A stretch of 64,000 bases of DNA from an uncultured Methanomassiliicoccales archaeon (GTDB taxonomy: Archaea; Thermoplasmatota; Thermoplasmata; Methanomassiliicoccales; UBA472), in assembly GCA_963695345.1 (NCBI GenBank), contig OY968769.1, positions 256,001-320,000 of the forward strand, read 5' to 3'. How positions within the stretch are numbered: position 1 is the first letter of the stretch; the number at the start of each line of letters is the position of its first letter. The notes beneath the pieces are model-generated. The model did not search any database. It was not told where the DNA came from and saw only the letters and a list, made by a program, of their open reading frames with translations. Positions 11,164-23,600 of this stretch are shown here, one piece after another. A program made the translations under genes and the position numbers.

Positions 11164-12861
11164 ATGTCAGACATGAACCTTGAGCTCGTCATCCGGAAGT
11201 ACGCCCTCCAGAATGCCGTCCAGCACAACGGGTCGGCCAATCCCAAGGCGGTCCAGGGTAAGGTACTGGCAGAGCAGCCCGAGATGAGGACCAGGGTGGT
11301 GGAGATATTGCCGCTCATTGCCCAGATCATCGGCATTGGTGAACGGCATGTCGGTGGAAAACCAGCGCAAGGAGCTTGAAGGGATCGACTCCACCATGCT
11401 GAACAAGAAGGAAAAGGTGGAGCGCATCCATGTTCTTCCGGACCTTCCCGGCGCCAGCGATGGCAATGTGGTGATGCGTTTCGCCCCCGGACCCTCGGGG
11501 CCGCTGCACCTGGGTCACACCAGGGTCGCGATCCTGAACGACGAGTACTGCAAACGGTACAACGGCGTTTTCGTCAACCGGATGGAGGACACCAATCCGG
11601 AGAAGATCGACCCAGACGCCTACCGGATGATCCCGGAGGACCTGGAGTGGATGGGCGTCAAGGTCAGCAAGACTGTGATCCAGTCTGACCGGTTCGACCT
11701 CTACTACGATATTGCCAGGCAGCTGATCGAGAAGAACGCCGCCTACGTCTGCACCTGTCCCGCGGACGAATGGAGGAAGATGAAGGAGGAGGGCAGGGCG
11801 TGCCCCCACCGCGATCTGCCGAAGGAGACGCAGCTCGAAATGTTCGACAAGATGCTGGCCGGGCATTTCGAAGAGGAGAAGGCGATCGTGGTAGTCAAGA
11901 CCGACCTAAAGCACCCGAATCCGGCGGTCAGGGACTTTGTCGGTCTACGCATCGTAAAGCAGGCGCACCCACGCGTCGGGACCCGATTCTGCGTCTACCC
12001 GGCCATGAACTTCTCGGTCGCCGTCGACGACCATTTCCTGGGGATGACGCATGTCATCAGGGGCATCGACCACCTGAACAACACGCTGCGACAGGAGTAC
12101 ATCTTCAATTACTTCGGCTGGAAGATGCCGTGGTACCATCATTATGGACTGGTCTCGATCCCGGAGGCGATCCTGAAGACCTCGACGGTGGGGAAGGGCA
12201 TCAAGACCGGAGAGTACTCCGGGTGGGACGATGTCCGTCTCGGAACCGTCCGGGCCATGGAAAAGAGGGGCATCTCGCCCAACGCCATACGGCAGTTCTG
12301 GGTGGACTGCGGCATCAAGGATGCCAACATCGAGTTCTCCTGGGAGAACCTCTACGCCTACAACCGGGACATCGTGCAGAACGAGGCGGACCGCTACTTC
12401 TTCGTGTGGAACCCTGCCCAGCTCAGGATCACCGGCGTCGACAAGCTAGAATCGCATGCGCCGCTGCACCCGGACCACCCGGAGAAGGGAGTGAGGAAGA
12501 ATCGTTATGGAAGGCGACCCGATCGAGGTCAGGGTCGTCAGTGAGGACTTGGCCAACGCGCAGGAGCGAGGCAAGCTGAGGCTAAAGGACCTGGGCAACA
12601 TCGAATTGGTGGAGCCGAGCGCGGGCAAGTACATCGGCAATGACCTGGGCATCCTCAAGGAAAAGGTAAAGATCATCCACTGGGTGCCTTCTGACTCAAC
12701 AGCCGGCCACGGTTTTCATGCCTGATGGGACCACCAAGGAAGGCTTCGCCGAGACCATCCCTGAGTTCGAGGTCAACAAGGTAGTCCAGTTCGAGCGTTT
12801 CGGTTTCGTGAGGATCGATTCAGTCTCCCCCAAGGTCAAAGCCTATTACACGCACCCTTGA
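11164..12861 (+). CDS. gltX: glutamate--tRNA ligase (archaeal type); about 3 apparent frameshifts
   Basis: KYALQNA N-terminus, RFAPGPSGPLHLGH (HIGH-like), EDTNP, THVIRG, GWDD, QFERFGFVRID near the end. Confidence 0.92.
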
Positions 12862-12952
12862 GCGAGCGATACCGTCATACTGACCTCGGACGTTGCTGTG
12901 ATCCAAAAAACGGATCGAACAGAGAACCTTACCGCAAACAACCGATGTACTC

Positions 12953-13603
12953 TCACCTATTTGCGAACGATATCACGTTCGGCAGGAACAGGGACCACAG
13001 GATCGTCATACCCAAGTATACCAGCACCAGACCGCACATCAGGTAGATGGTTCTGAAAAGCCGTGGTTCCAAGTATCTTCTGCCATAGGCTATCAGCCCC
13101 GGGAATATGAAGCACCAGCCGATCGATCCCGTCATGTACCCCAGCAAGAAAATGATGAAATCGTTCAGGACGGGATTCGGGACTATGACGGATATTGCTG
13201 AACCGCCGATTCCCAGCCAGAAAGCCAATTCCATCGGGTTGCACAACGACACAATCATGCCGGCGACGAATTCCCTACCTCCGGAATCGACCCTGACGCC
13301 CTCGATATCAGTAAGGCAAACATCCCTGAAAGCCCGGTATGCCAGATAGAAAAGCATCGCCGCCCCGATTAGACTGAGCGCGATCTGAATGTTCCGATCT
13401 CTGACCAGGATGGCAAGCCCGGTCAGCGCTACAACTGCCCACGCTAGGTCACCGATGCAAGAACCTAGTTCCAGTGAGAAGGCTGGCTTGAATCCTCCCT
13501 TGACCCCTCTTCTGAAGGCTTCCGTGTTCACTGCGTCTGGCAGCGCACAGAAGATCAACCCCAGGACCAGGGCTGAAGCATAGAGGAGGATCGATTCGCT
13601 CAT
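12953..13603 (-). CDS. LysE family translocator
   Basis: PDAVN, G-x-x-x-GD and NP motifs, about 6 TM helices. Confidence 0.85.
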   Translation of the reverse strand: MSESILLYASALVLGLIFCALPDAVNTEAFRRGVKGGFKPAFSLELGSCIGDLAWAVVALTGLAILVRDRNIQIALSLIGAAMLFYLAYRAFRDVCLTDIEGVRVDSGGREFVAGMIVSLCNPMELAFWLGIGGSAISVIVPNPVLNDFIIFLLGYMTGSIGWCFIFPGLIAYGRRYLEPRLFRTIYLMCGLVLVYLGMTILWSLFLPNVISFANR

Positions 13604-13669
13604 CGATTATCAATCTGAGCAACGGATATTAGACCCCTTTCGGCTCGAAATGATCGCTCCCGCACGATC

Positions 13670-15578
13670 TTAGAGTGTGAATAGGAAGTGAGCCAGCCCC
13701 CCCAGGGAGAACGCGATCGCTAATGACGCGGTCGTTACTTTTATCGAATCCTTGATCCCGAACTCCTTCACCATCACGGCCAGCGCCGACATGCAGGGCA
13801 CGTATGTCGCCATTATCAGCGCGAACACGAACAACTGCTCCGGGTCCATGACCGACGCCAGATTGGCGGTGCCGAATAGGATGACCAGCAGCTGCAGTGA
13901 CATCTCCTTCCGCATCACTCCGAAGATGAGCGCGACGATGATGATGGCCGGCAATCCGAGGAACCCTACCGTGAAGGGGGACAGTGGATCGACCAGTGCT
14001 CCGAGCACACCGTAGTTCATGAGGAACTCCAGCACCAGGCTTCCGATCAAAAGGATCGGGAACGCCACGACAAAGAAGTCCTTGACGCGCATCCAGGTCT
14101 TGAACAGAACGTTCCTGGGCTGGGGCATCGCCATGTCCGGTATCTCGAACATGAGTCCGGACGGCTCGAACTTCATGAAGCGGTTCAGCAAGCGACCCAG
14201 GACCAGCAGGATGGCCAGCAGGATCAGGTAGATCAACGCCGCATACCAGATGCCGCCGAACTTGCCGACGGTCCCGAGTATGACCACCGTCTGCGCCGAA
14301 CAGGGCACCGCCAAGATCGTGATCGTGGCCAGGATCAGCCGTTCCCTCTTTGACTCCATCACCCTGGTGGCAAGGATCGCCGGCACGTTACAGCCGGTGC
14401 CGACTATCATCGGGATGATCGCGCGGCCGTGCAGTCCGAACTTGTGCATCACCCCGTCCAGCAGGATGACCACCCGGGGCAGGTAACCGGAATCCTCCAG
14501 CAGCGCCAGGATCAGGTAGAACACCAGGATGTAAGGTATGACTATGGAGATGATGGCCTGGATGGAGAGGTCGATGCCCTGTGCTATCGACAGCCCGAAG
14601 GTCCCGCCAATGGCGCTGGCCAACCCCTCGAAGAACCCGGACGTCAGGTTCCAGGTATACTGTCGACAGCACTCCTTCCAGTGCTCCCCCCACGATGACG
14701 ACCGTGAAGAACACGCCGATCAGCACCGCGAACAGTATCGGTATGCCGGTGTTCGGCTTCAGGGTGATCTCGGATATCCGTTCCGCCCGGGTCAGATGAC
14801 GCTCCGACCCGGCTCTGCACCTTCCCTATGGTGAGACCGGCCTCGCCGTAGCGGTCCCGGTTGATGTGCACATCGATGTCCTCGTCGTGCTTTAGATTGA
14901 AGGCGGCCCGCACCTCGACTGCCATCTTCTTGACGCTCTGCGGGAAGGTGGTCAGTGAAGTACTGATTGCCCTCCAGCAATTTCAGGAGAGCACCTCGGG
15001 CGGGATATACCGATTCCACCATCGAGGCGGCCGGGGTGAGCAATTGTAAGACGTTCTCGATACCTTCGCGCGTACCTTATGGAGAAATCCGAGACCCTGG
15101 CCTTGTTCTGTATGATCGATTCAACGAGAACATCCACACCCTCTTCGGTCAGTGCCACCATCGGGACGACCGGGACCTTGATTATGTCCTGCAGGAGCTT
15201 GACGTCGATCTGATGGCGCCTGCGGGCGACGTCCATGAAGTTGAGGGCGACGATGACATTGAACCCCAGCTCGATGAGCTGGTAGATCATGACCAGGCTC
15301 GGTTCGAGCCGAGTGGCGTCCGCGACCGCTACCACAACGTCAGGCCGGTGCTCCGCCAGCAACTTGACCGCGACCACCTCGTCCTCGGTCGCGCCGGTGA
15401 GCCCATAGGTTCCCGGGAGATCGTATATATGAAGCGTCACTCCCTTATGCAGGACCGTGCCTTCCAGGTACTCGACCGTGGTGCCTGGATAGTTAGAAGA
15501 AATGGCGCCCACGCCGGTCATCCGATTGAAGAGCACGGATTTTCCGACGTTCGGGTGCCCTACCAGGGCTACCTCCAT
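13670..15578 (-). CDS. feoB: ferrous iron transporter FeoB; several apparent frameshifts
   Basis: GHPNVGKS, NYPGTTVE, DLPG, LEDSGYLPR, GCNVPA, PCSAQ and YVPC motifs spread over consecutive partial ORFs. Confidence 0.9.
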
Positions 15579-16286
15579 CAGGCGACCCCGGTGTCCACCA
15601 TCCGTCGGTCCTTACCGCATGTGCCCGCCTTCTGAACAAAGACGATGGCGGCATACTCTTTGGCCAGTGCGATCCTGTTGTCATCCACGCTGACCAGGAA
15701 CGGTCCGCCCATGGGCAGTTCTTCCTCGACGCAGACCTTACGCCCGGGCACGAAGCCCATGGATATTATGCGCCTCACTTTGGAGGACTCGGTGCATTTC
15801 AGGTGGGTGATGAGGCCAGCCTCGCCCGGCTTCAGCATGGACATGGATATGGTTGGCTCCCCTATGCAATCCAGGCAGTTGTTCTCACATTTGCGGGATG
15901 GGTTTTCCTTTGGGCGAGGTCGCCGGATTGTTCATCATCTGGCACAGGCTCTTCTCGCTGACGTCGGAGATCGTGTGCTCCAGGCGGCAGGCCTCCTCGT
16001 GGCTCTTCTCGTTGCTCACCCCAAGGATGTCGACCAGGAACCGCTCCAGCAGTCTATGGCGCCGCTTGATCTTAGAACCGATGCGGTTGCCTTCCTCCGT
16101 GAGAGTTACTCCCTTATACTTCTCATAAATGACATAGCCTTCTTCCGCCAGTTTCTGGACCATCTCGGTGACGCTGGCGGGGGATACTTTTAGCTCCGAG
16201 GCGATGTCGGTGGTCTTGGCTGGCTTGCCCCTCTGGTTAAGCTCCCATATGCTTTCCAGATACTCTTCGATGTTCTCGCTCACCAT
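15578..16286 (-). CDS. DtxR/IdeR family metal-dependent repressor with C-terminal FeoA (SH3-like) domain; one apparent frameshift near 15890
   Basis: EEYLESI, HRLLERFL and EACRLEH motifs; removing one base joins PIPQ to CENNCLDCIGEPTISMSMLKPG (the FeoA ORF 15578-15844). Could alternatively be two genes. Confidence 0.8.
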
Positions 16287-16319
16287 TCAATCGACGGAAC
16301 CAAGCTAGCACTATATAAT

Positions 16320-16337
16320 ATTTAGGAGAACCTAAAT
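16320..16337. promoter_or_regulatory. DtxR-type operator palindrome next to the TATA box of the dtxR-feoB operon
   Basis: ATTTAGG-AGAA-CCTAAAT perfect 7-bp inverted repeat, directly upstream of TTATATAG (16311-16318, minus strand); TTAGG..CCTAA arms match DtxR/IdeR boxes. Confidence 0.75.
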
Positions 16338-16403
16338 TTAGTTGTACGAATGATAGTCCTGAGCGGTTTTCCCGATTCTAATACCCTTGAGCTATTCCAT
16401 CGC

Positions 16404-17231
16404 TCACGACCTGCCGGCCTCTCTGGCGGAGATTAGTGCCTGGATGAAAATGGCGGAAAGGAATCCGAGCACCATATACCCGCACACCGATTCGAAAAGC
16501 ATGACCCCCTTTCCCACACCGGTGGCAAAGATGTCCGATGAACCGAGCGTGGTGAAGATTAGACCGCTGAAGAACATCGCGTCCCAGAAAGTGACGGACA
16601 TCGCCGTGGGCGGGTCGGCAAACACGTCGGTCCTGACTAAAAAACCATTCACGAAGTAAATGGTGGCGAAAGTGTACATCACCAGAAATATGGTCATCAA
16701 GACCAGCCATAGCGACACCCTGGATTGGCTTTGGGCTATGCCATGGCGGATCACCGATTCCACCAACAGCGTTATCACCAGGACAAGAGGGACGACCATG
16801 ACGGTGGAAGAGCTGACCCTCAGCACCGATATGACCTCGCTGCCAAGACCGATAGGTAGCAATGCCGAGGCGGTGTAGACCGATATCGTAATGATGATCA
16901 TCCACAGCACCACCGTTCCGGATTGCCTCAGGCGGTCTTCGGTAAGCTTGCGGTTGAACCGGTACAGAACCGCCGCGGTCAGATAGAAAACGCCGTTGAG
17001 CCCGAAGAACACAATCCCCGATTCCAGCCATGCAACCGATTCCCGGCTCGGTCCCCCGATGATCGGGACGATAAGGAACACCAGGAAGAACCCCCAGATG
17101 ACCGATCTGGCGGGCATATCTGACACCTTGAAGAAAAGGGAGAAATAGTCAAATATCCCGCTGGTCGAGTAGATCCGGTTCCTCCTTCCAGGCGTTTCCA
17201 TTTCGGCCATGAAATCATTCTGCGAGTTCAT
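16404..17231 (-). CDS. membrane protein with a C-terminal 2TM pore (ion channel) domain
   Basis: FATIY...FWDAMFFSGLIFTTLGSSDI...ESVCG pore-helix pattern. Confidence 0.75.
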   Translation of the reverse strand: MNSQNDFMAEMETPGRRNRIYSTSGIFDYFSLFFKVSDMPARSVIWGFFLVFLIVPIIGGPSRESVAWLESGIVFFGLNGVFYLTAAVLYRFNRKLTEDRLRQSGTVVLWMIIITISVYTASALLPIGLGSEVISVLRVSSSTVMVVPLVLVITLLVESVIRHGIAQSQSRVSLWLVLMTIFLVMYTFATIYFVNGFLVRTDVFADPPTAMSVTFWDAMFFSGLIFTTLGSSDIFATGVGKGVMLFESVCGYMVLGFLSAIFIQALISAREAGRS

Positions 17232-17301
17232 AGGTCAACGGCTGCCTAATCAGGTTTTGCCTTGCCGACCGAAGCATCATGCGAAGGGATCTAGAAAAGC
17301 C

Positions 17302-18337
17302 TCAAACATCCCGGAACGGAACGATGTCACAGCATCCGCACTCATGGCACATGGTGCGATATGTGAGCGGAGTTATACCGTTCTCTTCCATTATGGCCTT
17401 GGCCTTGATGGCCAGGTCCACGATCCTCTCCGGAGTGACCGGTTCCAACGGACCCAGTGCCTCGGTCAACGGTTCCCGGTTGAAATTGTTGATCCGCAGC
17501 GGACGGAGGGTTGCCACGATCCCCCTTTCCGCGAAGTATCTGATGCCGTCGAGCAGGTTCTCATCCGATTCCCCAAGCCCGACCAGCAGGTTTGTGGTCA
17601 CCTTGCCCCGCCCGAACACCTCCACGGCATGATCGAGCGCCTCCAGGATGAACTGGTAGTGCAGCTTGCCGCACACCTTGGCGAACCGGTCCGGGTCGAA
17701 GGTCTCGATGTTGAGCTTGATCTCGTTGGCGCCAGCGGCCTTGAGGTCATCCACATCGCTCAGGGTCCAGATGTATGGTTCGACGCCGATGGGAACGTCC
17801 GGCAATGCTTTCCGAGTCTCCCGTCACCACGTAGAGCATGCGCTCCACCGTCTTCTGCGGGGAGTCGACCACCGCGCTGGTGAAGGCCACCGACCGGAAC
17901 CCCTCCTTCTTCGACGCCTCAATGGCCATCTGAACGACCCGTTCCGGCGAGAGGTTCTTGGTGATGCGCTGATCAAGTTTCCGCGACGCGCAGAACTTGC
18001 AGTCATAGATGCAGTCTTGCGCCAGGTTGAAGAAGGCCTGCTCCGGGGCGTGGGCGATCGTCGGCCGGATCTCGACATCCTCAAGGAAAGGCTGTCCGTT
18101 CCGCAGGACCCGGAATCCTTTCTCCTTCGGAACGAGCTCGAACTCTCCTTCCTCTCTGCTGATCGCTTTCTTGCAGCGCGCCCCCTCGAACGCGATGACG
18201 ATAGAAGTGGAACCAGCCCCGGGACCGGCGGTGGACCGGCTAGGGGTGAAGGGCAGGACCAGGTCCTTCGGTATCCTGAGCGGCCCTCCCGTTATCAGGA
18301 TGGCCTTCCTCTGCGCCAGGCTCAGGCGGGCTTCCAT
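17302..18337 (-). CDS. radical SAM protein (biotin synthase-like, function unknown); frameshift near 17820
   Basis: CIYDCKFC motif, VGLGE, C-terminal CHECGCC; two ORFs join. Confidence 0.85.
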
Positions 18338-19719
18338 TTCACGCCCTCCGCGGTGTCCTCCAGAACGATGCCCTTCTCGGCCAATTGGTTCCGGATGGAG
18401 TCCGCTAGGTCATAGGCCTTGCGCTTGCGCAGCTCTTTGCGAACCTCGATGAGGATCTGCATCACATCTTCCAGATGGTCTCCCTTCATATCGGACTGGG
18501 GCAGGATCCCGAGGATCTTGTCCAGTTCCTCGAACAGGGAGATGATCTTCTCCGCCCCCTTCTTGGAGAGCATCTCATGGTCCATCAGCTTGTTCGACTC
18601 GCGGGCGGCATCGAAGATCGCGGCGATCGCCCCGCGCGTGTTGAAATCGTCATCCATCTGCTCGGTGAACTCACTCCTGGTCTTCTGCGCCAGGTCCTCT
18701 GCGTCGTAGTTGCCGGTGGCGGTCGGCGCATAGTCCTTCAGTTCGGTGTAGGCGTTCTGGATCCGCTTCAGGCTGGACGCCGCCTCGTTGAGCGCGCTCT
18801 CGCTATAAGTGAGGGGCCCGCGGTAATGGGTATTGAGCAGATAGAAACGTATCTCCTGGGTCTTGTAGTGGGAGGCGATGTCCTTGACCGTGAAGAAGTT
18901 CTTCAAGGATTTGGACATCTTGGCGTCCTGAACCTGGAGCATGCCGTTGTGCATCCAGTACTTGGCCAGGGGCTTCCCGGTGACCGATTCGGACTGAAGG
19001 ATCTCGTTCTCGTGGTGCGGGAATATGAGGTCGTTCCCGCCGCCATGGATGTCAATGGTCTCTCCCAGGTACTTCAGGCACATGGCGCTGCACTCGATGT
19101 GCCAGCCAGGACGTCCCGGACCCCATGGGGATGGCCATGAGACCTCGCCCGGCTTGGCCGCCTTCCACAGGCAGAAGTCCATTGGGTTGTGCTTGATCTC
19201 GTCGACGCAGACCCGGGCACCGGAGATCATCTCCTCCTGCTTGTTGCCGGAGAGCTTACCATATTCTTCGACCTTGTCGACGGAGAAATAGACACTACCG
19301 TCCTCGGTCTTGTAGCCATAGCCTTTGTCGACCATGCGCTTGACCATGTCAATGATCTCGGGAATGCACTCGCTGGCCTTCGGATAGATGTCGGCCTTCT
19401 TCACTCCCAGCTTGGCGATGTCCTCGAAATACTTCTCGATGTACATCGCCGAGAGGTCCAGCGGTTTGATCCCCATCTCATTCGCACGGTTGATGATCTT
19501 GTCGTCCACGTCGGTGAAATTGGTGACCAGCGTGACCCCGTACCCTTTGAACTTCAGGTATCGGGCGACCATGTCGAAAACGATGATGGAACGGGCATGG
19601 CCCATGTGAATGTCATTGTAGACCGTGACACCGCAGACATACATCCTTACCTTTCGGCTGTCGATCGGTACGAATTCCTCGGCCTGTTTGGTCATTGTGT
19701 TATAAAGTGACAGTCCCAT
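18322..19719 (-). CDS. cysS: cysteine--tRNA ligase
   Basis: YVCGVTVY, HMGH, GRPGWHIECSAM, HGGGNDLIFPHHENE, KMSKS. Confidence 0.97.
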   Translation of the reverse strand: MGLSLYNTMTKQAEEFVPIDSRKVRMYVCGVTVYNDIHMGHARSIIVFDMVARYLKFKGYGVTLVTNFTDVDDKIINRANEMGIKPLDLSAMYIEKYFEDIAKLGVKKADIYPKASECIPEIIDMVKRMVDKGYGYKTEDGSVYFSVDKVEEYGKLSGNKQEEMISGARVCVDEIKHNPMDFCLWKAAKPGEVSWPSPWGPGRPGWHIECSAMCLKYLGETIDIHGGGNDLIFPHHENEILQSESVTGKPLAKYWMHNGMLQVQDAKMSKSLKNFFTVKDIASHYKTQEIRFYLLNTHYRGPLTYSESALNEAASSLKRIQNAYTELKDYAPTATGNYDAEDLAQKTRSEFTEQMDDDFNTRGAIAAIFDAARESNKLMDHEMLSKKGAEKIISLFEELDKILGILPQSDMKGDHLEDVMQILIEVRKELRKRKAYDLADSIRNQLAEKGIVLEDTAEGVKWKPA

Positions 19720-19752
19720 GCATATCGCCTATTGCGTGACATGCAACTATCC

Positions 19753-20403
19753 TTATTTGGGCTTTTTTAGCTCATCCTCTAATAATGAAAGACGTCGCTC
19801 CAAGTCCGATAGCTTGTTTGTGATGTTGGTTATGGCGTCCCTCAATGGGTCCGGCAATTCGTCATGGCGGAGATCCGTCTTGACCACTGGCAAGCCCTCC
19901 CTTTTGACCACCCGGCCTGGAATGCCGACCACCGTGCAGTTTTGAGGGACGTCTTTGGTCACCACCGACCCGGCGCCGATCTTGACGCAATCCCCTATGG
20001 AGATATTCCCGAGCACTATCGCCCCCGCACCAATGGTCACATTGTTCCCGATCGTGGGGTGGCGCTTGCCCTTGCTGGTGCTGACCCCACCCAGGGTCAC
20101 ACCCTGGAAGATGGACACGTTCTCCCCGATGATCGTGGTTTCTCCGATGACCACCCCGGTAGCATGATCGATGAAGAAACCCTTGCCGATCGTTGCCCCT
20201 GGGTGTATGTCCGCTCCGGTCAGGAACCGGCCAAAATAGTTGAGCGCCCTGGCAAGCTTGAAGTTGCCTCTCAAGAACTGCCGGTGTGATATCTTCTGGA
20301 GCAGGATCGCGTGTAGACCTGGACTGAACCATAACGCCTCGTTGAACGACCGCGCGGCAGGGTCTCGTTCAAGGACCGTGTAGACGGAATCTTTCCAGCT
20401 CAT
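19753..20403 (-). CDS. cysE: serine O-acetyltransferase
   Basis: ERDPAAR, DIHPGATIG, FIDHATG, GVTLGG, KRHPTIG hexapeptide repeats. Confidence 0.95.
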   Translation of the reverse strand: MSWKDSVYTVLERDPAARSFNEALWFSPGLHAILLQKISHRQFLRGNFKLARALNYFGRFLTGADIHPGATIGKGFFIDHATGVVIGETTIIGENVSIFQGVTLGGVSTSKGKRHPTIGNNVTIGAGAIVLGNISIGDCVKIGAGSVVTKDVPQNCTVVGIPGRVVKREGLPVVKTDLRHDELPDPLRDAITNITNKLSDLERRLSLLEDELKKPK

Positions 20404-20637
20404 GACTGGTGCTTAAAACAGGTCCGGACACATATAGATTTCCAAAAAAAAGACTGCTGGCATTGATCAGATAATCCAGCATGACTCAGATCCTGTCGGC
20501 GCGTGTCCAGATTTTCATCCATATCGAAGGGGTTATGTCGCTTCCGATACCTCAACTGGACATTTCATTTTTTGGTTTTTTCCTCATTTTGTTTATATAT
20601 TTTGCTGAGGAGTGCCTAGGTCAGAACGGAGCCATTG

Positions 20638-23600
20638 ATGGACAGTATTGCGACGCTGACATTGTACAATACCATCATCGTAATCCTCGCCTTTATTCTC
20701 ATGGTCGTGGTCTGGAGGATGAGCCATCAGCCAAGCCGCTATGTCTTCGCCGCCATCCAGGCACTGATAATGGTCCTTATGGCCAGTTATACTTTCGATG
20801 TTGCATCGTCAAGTCTCGAAGAGAAGTTGTTCTTCAATAATTTCGAATATCTGAGCATGACGTTCATCCCGTCATTCGTTATGGTGCTTGCGTTCATGAC
20901 AACGGGCAAGACCGCATGGCTGACCACCAGGCGACTCTTGCCATTGTTCGGAATTTCGTCCTTCTTCTATCTGGCCTTGGCCACTAACAACTACCATCAC
21001 CTGTTCTACTCCGATGTGACGCTGGCATCGGACCCTATCTATTCGTTCGTCACGGTCCGCGGGCCGTTGTTCTATGCCTTCTTCATTGCCGCCTTATCTG
21101 AACTGGTCATCGCATCGCTGATCATCTGGAAAGCGAATCGGAAATCGGGCTTAGCCCAACAGAGGCGGATGAAGGTCCTGATTGCAGCCTGCCTGAGTCC
21201 GGCGATCATGACGTTCCTTGGCATCATGGCTGAGGATTGGATCCCATCGGAGATGATGGTCATCACCGGGATCCTGCTCAGCAGCGTGCTCCTATTCTTC
21301 GGGACGTTCGGATTCGAACTTTTCCGCATGCTTCCATTCACTTTCGATTCAACGGTCAGGACCCTCAAGGACGGGGTCCTCATCGTCGACGAGAATAAAA
21401 TGGTCCTGTATGCTAACCCGGCGTTGCCCGCACTGATCGGACAACCTAAAGAGATAGAGCTGGCCGGCGAGTTCCTTGACCGATTGCTGCCGAGCTTTCC
21501 CTTCCAGCTACTGGATGACAAGGTGAGCTCGGAGAACCAAGAGGCGGAGGAGATACAGATACTTCCGGGAAGGTTCTACGATATCCAAGTATCAAAGATC
21601 CATAATCGGAAACATACCACGATCAGCAGCCTGGTCACCATTAGGGAGGTGACGGAAAGGAAAAGGCTGGAGGAAGATACCAGACAGTCACGTGAGCTCT
21701 ATACCAAGATCTTCCAGTCCAGTCCGGCAGCGATCGTTCTATCACGTGTCGATAACGGAGAGTTGATCGAGGTCAACCAGATGTTCGTCAAAATCTCTGG
21801 ATATGCCAGACACGAACTGATCGGCCATACCACAATGGAACTGGGCATCTGGGAGAACGACGGGGACCATGGGCAAATGGTAGAACTGGCCAGGTCCAAT
21901 GGGGTCAAGCGCAACATCGAGCTGAACTACCGCCGCAAGGATGGGGCCATGCGGATCTGCAATGCCAGTCCGCAGATGATAGAGCTGGACAATATTCATT
22001 GCATGCTTTCGGTCATCGAGGACATCACTGAAAAGCTGGAGATCGAGGAACGGATAAGGATCAACGAGGAGAAGTTCCGTACCTTGTTCGACTACGCCGG
22101 AGATGGCATCTATATCGCGGACATGAAGGGCAGCATCATCGATGCCAACGGAAAGGCTCTGGACAGACTTGGCTACACCCACGATGAACTGATCGGAAAG
22201 GGATTTGCCGAGATCGTCGCCCCCGGTGACATTCCCCAGGTGATCGCAGGATTACAGGAACTTTGGACCACTGGAAATACATTCCGTGAGCTCAACGGCC
22301 TTTCGAAGCAGGGTAAGAAAGTGCTTGCTGAGATCAATGCCAGGACCATCGATATCACCGGTCGAAAGATGTTACTCATAATAAGCCGGGACATTACGGA
22401 AAGAAGGGAAGGAGAAAGGGCACTCAGGAATGAGAAGGAACGCCTGGACGTCACCTTGAACAATATTTCCGAAGGGGTCATAGTAACGGACATGGAAGGA
22501 AGGACGATCCTTGCCAATAACTCAGCCGCGAATATGCTCAACCTGGAAAGGAAGGGTATGGTGGGCTTGAAACTGGGAGATATCTATCACCTGGAAGGCT
22601 CGGCCAGTGGTGAAGATGCCGTGAGCGCGATCGTGAAAGCGCTGAAGAACGGCTCGGCATCCACCTCCTACCGGGTCAAGCTGAGATCAGACCAACAGTA
22701 TCTGCTGATAAATGAGTCAGCATCCCCGATTTTCGAAGGAGAGAAGATGGTAGGCGCCGTTCTTGCCTTCCATGATGTGACCGCCGAGAAGAATCTCGAG
22801 GAGGAGATATCCAAGGCGGCGCGGTTGCGTACCATTGGTGCCCTGGCCGGGGGGATCGCTCACGATTTCAATAATGTCCTCACGATCATCATGGGCAATA
22901 TCGAACTGACCCGAAAATCGATCGGGTCTGAAACCGAACCAGAAAAATGGCTCGATGACATATCGAGAGCACTGGAAAGGGCCAAGGAATTGTCCAATCA
23001 GCTGCTCACTTTCTCGAAGGGAGGAGCCCCAGTCAAGAGGGACATTGCTCTTGCGGAGGTTATAAACGATGCCGTTTCCGAACTCTCAATCGATAGAACG
23101 GTCCGTGTAGACCTAAACCTCTCCAAGGATCTGGGAAAGATCAATGTCGACGAAAGGCAGATGAAACAGGCATTGATGCATGTGCTAAAGAACGCCCACG
23201 AGGCCATGCCTGAGGGCGGAGTGTTGGGCGTGTCCGCGGTCCGCTCACTCATCCATGAAAGGAACCCGTTCCTGTCGCCTGGTGAATATGTGCATATCCA
23301 GATAAGGGACACTGGGTATGGCATACCCTCCACCGAGATGGACCATATCTTTGAGCCATACTTTACGACCAAACAAGACCATGCCGGAATGGGGTTGGCG
23401 GTCGCATATTCGATAGTGAAGGCTCACGGCGGCCACATATCGATCGATTCCGATGTGGAAAGGGGAACCATGGTCCACATTCATCTGCCTTCCATGAAAC
23501 CGGACAAGCCATCGGACAAGATGGCGAAAAAACCCGCCGTCCGGAAGAACCAGCTAAAGATATTGGTCATGGATGATGAACAGATGATCCGGGAATTGGC

